A DNA stretch of 63,908 nucleotides, counting the filler, from Piptocephalis cylindrospora (Eukaryota), in the NCBI GenBank assembly GCA_003614145.1. It is 3 parts of 3 records of this genome, joined end to end, with 100 filler letters (N's around TTAATTAATTAA, not from the genome) between each part and the next. Parts side by side here need not be neighbours in the genome. Positions count along the whole stretch, not along the records: positions 50,482 to 63,908 come from KZ987941.1; 2 more parts are not named here. One strand, given 5' to 3'. Under the pieces are notes generated by a model, which was not told where the DNA came from, made no database searches, and saw nothing but the letters and a program-made list of their open reading frames with translations. How positions within the stretch are numbered: position 1 is the first letter of the stretch; the number at the start of each line of letters is the position of its first letter. Below are positions 58,640-63,908 of this stretch, piece by piece. A program made the position numbers and the translations under genes.

Positions 58640-60387
58640 TCACTCATCCTTGTACTTGGCCATGAACTCCTGATGGAAGTTCCGTAAACCATCAATGAAG
58701 TCATCAAAGAGCTCCTCCCGAGGCAGGAAGGTACTCCGGACATGCCAAGTACCCTTTTCTTGGCCAAAGCCACTTCCTGGGATGACACACACGCCAGTAG
58801 CATCGAGCATGGCTAGGGCGTAAAATTCATCCGGGAGCTTTCCGGCCTCCTCAGCCGCCTTGATAGCCTTTTTCGGGAAGCAGATCCGGGGAAAGACGTA
58901 CATGGCGCCCTCTGCTGGGTTACACGTTACACCCTCCATGTTGTTGAAGGCGTCTGAGAGCATGGTGGATCTACGCTTTAGGGAGTCTATGCAAAAAAGG
59001 AGGGAAGGGTGATTAGTTTCTTAGGATGATGACTTGCCTTGATCCAATCACCCTCGTTTAATGTGCAGGTATACTGACCAAAGATTCCCTTGGTCTCCTT
59101 CTCGTACTGTGGATAAGAGACATCCCCGGGACGTGGGGGATTGGTCATGAGATCGACCATGAGTTGACCGGGAACATTGGGGCACAGAGACACAGAGGAG
59201 ATCTTGTAGAGCTGAGCCATGACTTGGGAGTCAATGTGCGTGCACTCCAAGTACCCGCCCCGACGACCACACTCGCCAACGACGCCTTTGGAGGTGGAGT
59301 GGAAGGAGAAGAGCTCAAGATCGGAAAATTCCTCGCCCATTTCCAGAAGAATCTTGCGGAAGGAATGGAAGGGCTTCTGGTCTGGGTCGTATACATTGAC
59401 CTGGTAGACCTCGTCCGCTAGGAGGACGAGACGTTCATCATGGCAAAAGCGAATGATCTCTTGCATGTTCTCCCGAGAGAGGCACTGGCCCGTGGGATTT
59501 CCAGGGTTAATAACCACCAGGGCACGAACATCGGTGCCTTTGGCCCTGGCGGCAGCGATAGATTCAGTGAGCTCGACCACTGACATGCCCCAATCCTCCT
59601 TCTCATTGAGGAAGTAAGGGACGCCCTTGCCCCCGTAGAGGGAGAGGGTGGCCGAGTATAGGGGGTACTGGGGGATGGGGATCATGACACCGACGTCCGG
59701 ATGACCAATAAGGAAGCCCAGGACGGTCTGGACCCCCGAGGAGGCTCCGGTGGTGAGGAAGATGTTATTGGGGTCGGGGGTAGGGAAAGCATCACCGTCG
59801 CGTCGTCGAATAAAGTCGGCAACGGTGCGACGAATGGAAAGAATGCCCTGGGAATGGGTGTAGGCCCCGATGGATGGGGCGCCCATGTCACGGAGGAGGG
59901 TCTCGGCCCGGGTGATGGCGTCCTCGGGGAAGAGCTTGGAGGTGGTGGGCCTATTTTCCGGGGCCAAAAGGTCGGGGTACTCGGTAAGAGCGGCGACTTG
60001 ACGAAAGAAGGTGATGGGCTTCTGGTTCAGTTGCTGAGGATTACCAATGTTACAGGCCACGACGGCAGAAAAGGGGTGGGAATTCGCATCCTTTTTGATG
60101 TCCTCAGCAATGGCCTCGGATCGGACGGCCAATTCTCCCCGGACGGCGTATTGGACCTTTTCAATACGAGGATTTAGGGAAGAAAGATGCATGACCTTGC
60201 GGCTCTTCTTCTCCTGGGCCTTTAGGGTCGTAGTCTCGACGCTAGCGGGAGTGGAAGAGGACATGGTGCGGAGGTGATGGTACTGGATGACTGAAGGGGG
60301 GTGAATGCGAAGGGAGAGCAGGTGGGAGGAAAAAGGGCCGGGGAGGGAGCGGGGCCACCGACGACCTAGCGCCGAGATGGACGTCAT
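58640..60387 (-). CDS. ALT1: Alanine aminotransferase (probable mitochondrial presequence), 2 exons
   Basis: YAVRGEL, CNIGNPQ, PIPQYPLYSA, INPGNPTG, ADEVYQ, PLP-lysine SFHSTSKG, GECGRRGGY, GVCVIPGSGFGQ. Intron about 59078-58987. Confidence 0.95.
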
Positions 60388-61338
60388 ATATGCAAATACC
60401 GGACTTGGGGAGAGAGAGCGAGGGTTGCTTCAGGGGAGAGGGCGCGGGCAAACGAGGGAAGCGACGCTAAGCGAGGTAGGAACTGTGTGTGTGTGTGGGA
60501 AAGAGGGACCATACACGAACGGGTGACGCGTGGGTGGTTATTTCCGTTAGGACAAACGACCTCGGGGAAACAAGGAGGAAAGAGGAGGGAAGAGGGAAAA
60601 AAAAAGACCGTGGGCACGAAGAAACTTGGAGAGCAACTAGTCGGTCCTGTATAGAAGAAAAGGGTAGTATTGGGTCGCGCGGTAATGGCAGCATACCGAG
60701 AAGCGCGTGTGTGAATGACAAGGTGATGAAGGAAGGAATTGACTGGTTGTCTCCATTGAGGATGAGGGAAGGAGGGGATATGGCGGCGGAGGGGGAGATG
60801 ACCGCGGAGCTAAAAGTGGTCTTTGTGTGGGCCTTGGCGCACAGTGTCCATGCATGGGTGAAAAAGTAGGGTGTATCGAAATTTTGAATATGCTCTTTGG
60901 GCCATCTTGGGCCAGTCTATGTCCTTTGGGTGTGTGTTTCCCCATAAGACAATGAATTTTTACACAATCATCTTGGGCTAGCCTCCCTAGGCTGGATCTA
61001 TGCTGGTACGAGAAAGATATCCGTGGTCTTGGAGACGATGGTGTCCATAAGTGGGGTGCAAGTCCTGATCATCCTAGTCATAATGCATCCCACATAGCCT
61101 ATCCAGATATTTATGTCAATACCGAGGCCCATGGTATGGAGAGGACCATATACAGGACGACTAGCAATGGTCTCTTCCTCAAATAACAATAGCTTTTCCA
61201 TTCATACACCGGCAAACCCATTCATTCTTGCACTCCATCACGTATCTGGGATTTACCCTAGGGACTCATACCTACATCCCTCTTATGCACGAAACCCCAT
61301 CCCACAATCCGCTCAATACATCCATCATCTTCACACCT

Positions 61339-62465
61339 CTATGGCTTGTACTGAGCAAGGAAGGTCTGCTTGAAGGAACCGGCTTTGGGAAGGACCAAAA
61401 AGGCCGGGACGCCATTTTCCACCACACACCGCTCATTCATCAGCACCTTGAGAAGGGTGTTGGCTTGTCGGATCCTCACGAGCTTCCCTGCTGCCTTATC
61501 CTCCAAAAAGACCTCGACTTCGGATGGGGATCCGTATCGACCCTCAGTGTCCCAAGCGGGCCTCTCAGCTAGGATGGCCTCTAAATGATCCTCGAACGTT
61601 GATGTCTCATCCCACTCCGCCACCAGATCCGTCTCCTTGGACTCGGGGTAGAGGAAGAGAACGGGCCAGAGAAGATGACCCGACTCCTCATCCATCCGAA
61701 CCCGATGGGGCGCATCCTCGGGGAGGGATGAGGCCTTGGGAGAAAGGCGAATCCCACGAAGTCGGATGGCCTCAACCAACTGAGCCATACGAAGCTTCTC
61801 GGCCTCCTCCCGATCCTTGGCTCGTCGAACCTTGGCCTCCTTGGCCATCTTGGCATTGATAGCCAGTTCCCGCTCGGCTTTGAGCGCCCCGTTCTCTCCA
61901 TCCACCCTTAGGCCCCGGTCACATGCATCCTTGGCCTCATCATACCGTTCCAGACGTCTGCACGCCCGGGCTGATCGAAGGTAGGCTTTGGTGCTCTTCG
62001 GGTCCAGTTGGAGGGCGGCGGCGCAATCCGTTAGGACACGTCGGAGGTTCCCGAGCTCCAAGTTGGCCGCTGCCCGATTCGTGTAGCAAGCCACGTTCAG
62101 GGCTTGATCCTCACACTTTTGATCCAAGGCCTGGGTGTAAAATTTCACGGCCTCTTTCCAGTTCTTCCCTGAGAACTGCTCATTTCCTTGGTTCTTGAAG
62201 TTTTCAGCAATTTCTGCCAGGAGAGAGGGAAGAAGTTGAGTGTTGCTTCGAGGACGAGGCGCTAGGGGTGGCAGTGACACTCACCCTCAGGGGTCCCGTC
62301 AAAAGCAAGGGCCTGGAGCGCCTGGATGGCCACGTTGTCTTCAGTATCGTCGGGGAGATCCTTCATAAACAGAGGGACCTGGTCCATTTCTTCCAAGAAT
62401 CTCTCCTCGGTCAGGGCCCAGTCGGGCCTAACAGTCTGGGGGCCAGCGGGTGGTTGATCGGACAT
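61339..62465 (-). CDS. CNS1: Hsp70/Hsp90 co-chaperone Cns1/TTC4 (TPR), 2 exons
   Basis: MSDQ...EMDQVPLFM...ALQALAFDGTPE|EIAENFKNQGNE, NRAAANLELGN, LLWPVLFLYPE..ETDL. Confidence 0.92.
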
Positions 62466-63244
62466 GGCAGCTATCAATAGAAAGGTGGGTGGAGGGGTTG
62501 GTGTTTAAAAAAGAAAAGAGTGATGGAGCGGAGGGAGGTTCAGATGGACTCCAAGAAAAGTGGTTGCTTGACCGTACAGAGAGACGGGCTTGGACAAGGC
62601 TTCGCGACTATTCCTTTTTCCAGGGCCCTCTTCCTGCGTCTGAGGTGGCTGGGCCTGAGCATTTTTTTTCTTTTTCGTCTGTATACTTTTTACTCGCTGT
62701 GTGGTGCATAATTTGGAGCCGAACTGGAGACAGACAATCGCTATCTGGGCTGTGCTCTTCCATAGTGAAAACGAGTATAATAGGACATCCTACTTTGGCA
62801 TATGGTTCGTGCACAATCATCCTATACTAAATATGCTGATATCCTTTGAGGAATGTACTTACTCCATATAGAGTCACCTTCAGCTATATTTTATCTTCTT
62901 TTATGCGTGAGGACAATAAGAAGGAGCTGAAGGGTGGTGATGAGTATATCCTCACACTGCTCCTAATGATTGGGGATGCAACATGGATTGGATCTTTATA
63001 ATTGCTACTCACACATTTAATAATAATAATCTAGCTCCCCTATGACCAACCACTCTTTCTACTCTACCCGTAAGATTATTCATCTCTCCTATGTGGATAC
63101 TTCCCGTAGCCTAGCCGTTTAATTTTCATCCTTTAGGTTGCAAGGTTCCAGGCTCAACTCCGAGTGTATTATCCCTCCCTTGCGCTAGGTCAAGTCCAAG
63201 AACCCCAATGGCGCCATCTCCACCGCTAGCTACCATCTTCCTTG

Positions 63245-63437
63245 TGGATTCCATGGCCATCTACCTCGGGAGGAGATGCTCTAATGGTTTTTTGTAGTGT
63301 CCATTTCAAAAATTACAGTACAGGGCACACGTCGGGAACATTGTTTCTGGTACCATGCAGGCCGGCCGAATGAGGCGGGTTATGCGTTTGGATGTCTTTA
63401 GCGCCTACCCCACTAGGGAAAATAAAATGGTTTCAAC
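63245..63437 (+). repeat. Solo, 5'-extended copy of the dispersed motif, homologous to the reverse complement of about 33804-33995
   Basis: TTTGTAGTGTCCAT...CACGTCGGGAAC...CTGGTACCATGCAGGCCGGC...GGCGGGTTATGCGTTTGGATG...CGCCTACCCCACTAGGGAAAATAAAATGGTTT aligns by eye with the minus strand of 33804-33945, and more weakly up to about 33995. Confidence 0.85.
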
Positions 63438-63908
63438 AGCTCCTTAGCCATCCAAATTAAATTAAGGTGCACTGAGGCAATTCTTATGTCTACTATCCTT
63501 TTCCACGTATACATACCATTCTCGATATAATCCTTACTAGGTTACAAGGGAAATTCACACATGTCGAGATTTAACAAGGTATGGAGTAATTTGGATTTTG
63601 TCCCTTAAGATAACCTCACAAATCCAAACGTCCTGTAGAGTACAGTGCATACGTCCAACGACTACTATCTACTGATGATGATGGAAAAGAGAAGAGGGTT
63701 AACGTAAGGTGAATGACTTTTTCGTCATCTCCCGTGCCTATTGATCCGTCTAGCGTGTTCTGAGACCGTCGGGTTCTGCACCGATGAGCAGATCTGTCTA
63801 CTCGTCTATAACTCTGTTGAATACGCGTTCAAGAGCCTATTCAGAAGGAGGAATACTCAACCCATGCAAATCGTGGTGATGGGTGCCATTGACGAGAGCG
63901 CAACAAGG

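Noticed and set aside
63640..63908. Possible exon fragments at the window end
   Set aside because: Open frames exist on both strands but there is no recognisable motif and the sequence is truncated by the window.

Overview
Gene-dense eukaryotic genomic DNA with many short GT-AG introns (about 60-100 nt). It most likely comes from an early-diverging fungus. Zoopagomycota/Piptocephalis-like is my inference from gene content (Arc1, Mic12, Ric8, severin-type gelsolin, RAD51D, fungal 7TM family), not a database result. The window is three assembly pieces joined by two artificial 100-nt spacers (N44-TTAATTAATTAA-N44). About 22 protein genes and one tRNA-Pro(AGG) are supportable: nucleotide-sugar transporter (partial), MCT-type MFS, Usp, a divergent Ku70, an NhaC-family transporter, RAD51D-like (fragmented in the ORF track), Arc1, RECQL-like helicase, Mic12-like, severin/gelsolin, a SAM-like+Rieske protein, a SOD-like+7TM receptor, CPSF6-like, Ric8, eIF4G, Drs2-type P4-ATPase, a 5'-truncated Ppx1, a PILS/auxin-efflux-like carrier, Utp14, alanine aminotransferase, Cns1/TTC4 and one orphan ORF. 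Most notable: (i) an unannotated 60-75 bp non-coding motif in at least 7 copies, five of them in an outward-pointing cluster in an AT-rich convergent intergenic region (33.8-34.6 kb) plus solo copies at 25.4 and 63.4 kb; (ii) a GPCR-like 7TM protein whose ectodomain looks like a Cu-SOD fold lacking its metal-ligand histidines; (iii) a SAM-like/Lys-Met-rich/Rieske fusion; (iv) an intronless bacterial-type NhaC transporter. Three +1 homopolymer frameshifts and two inverted duplications at contig ends are probably sequencing or amplification artefacts.
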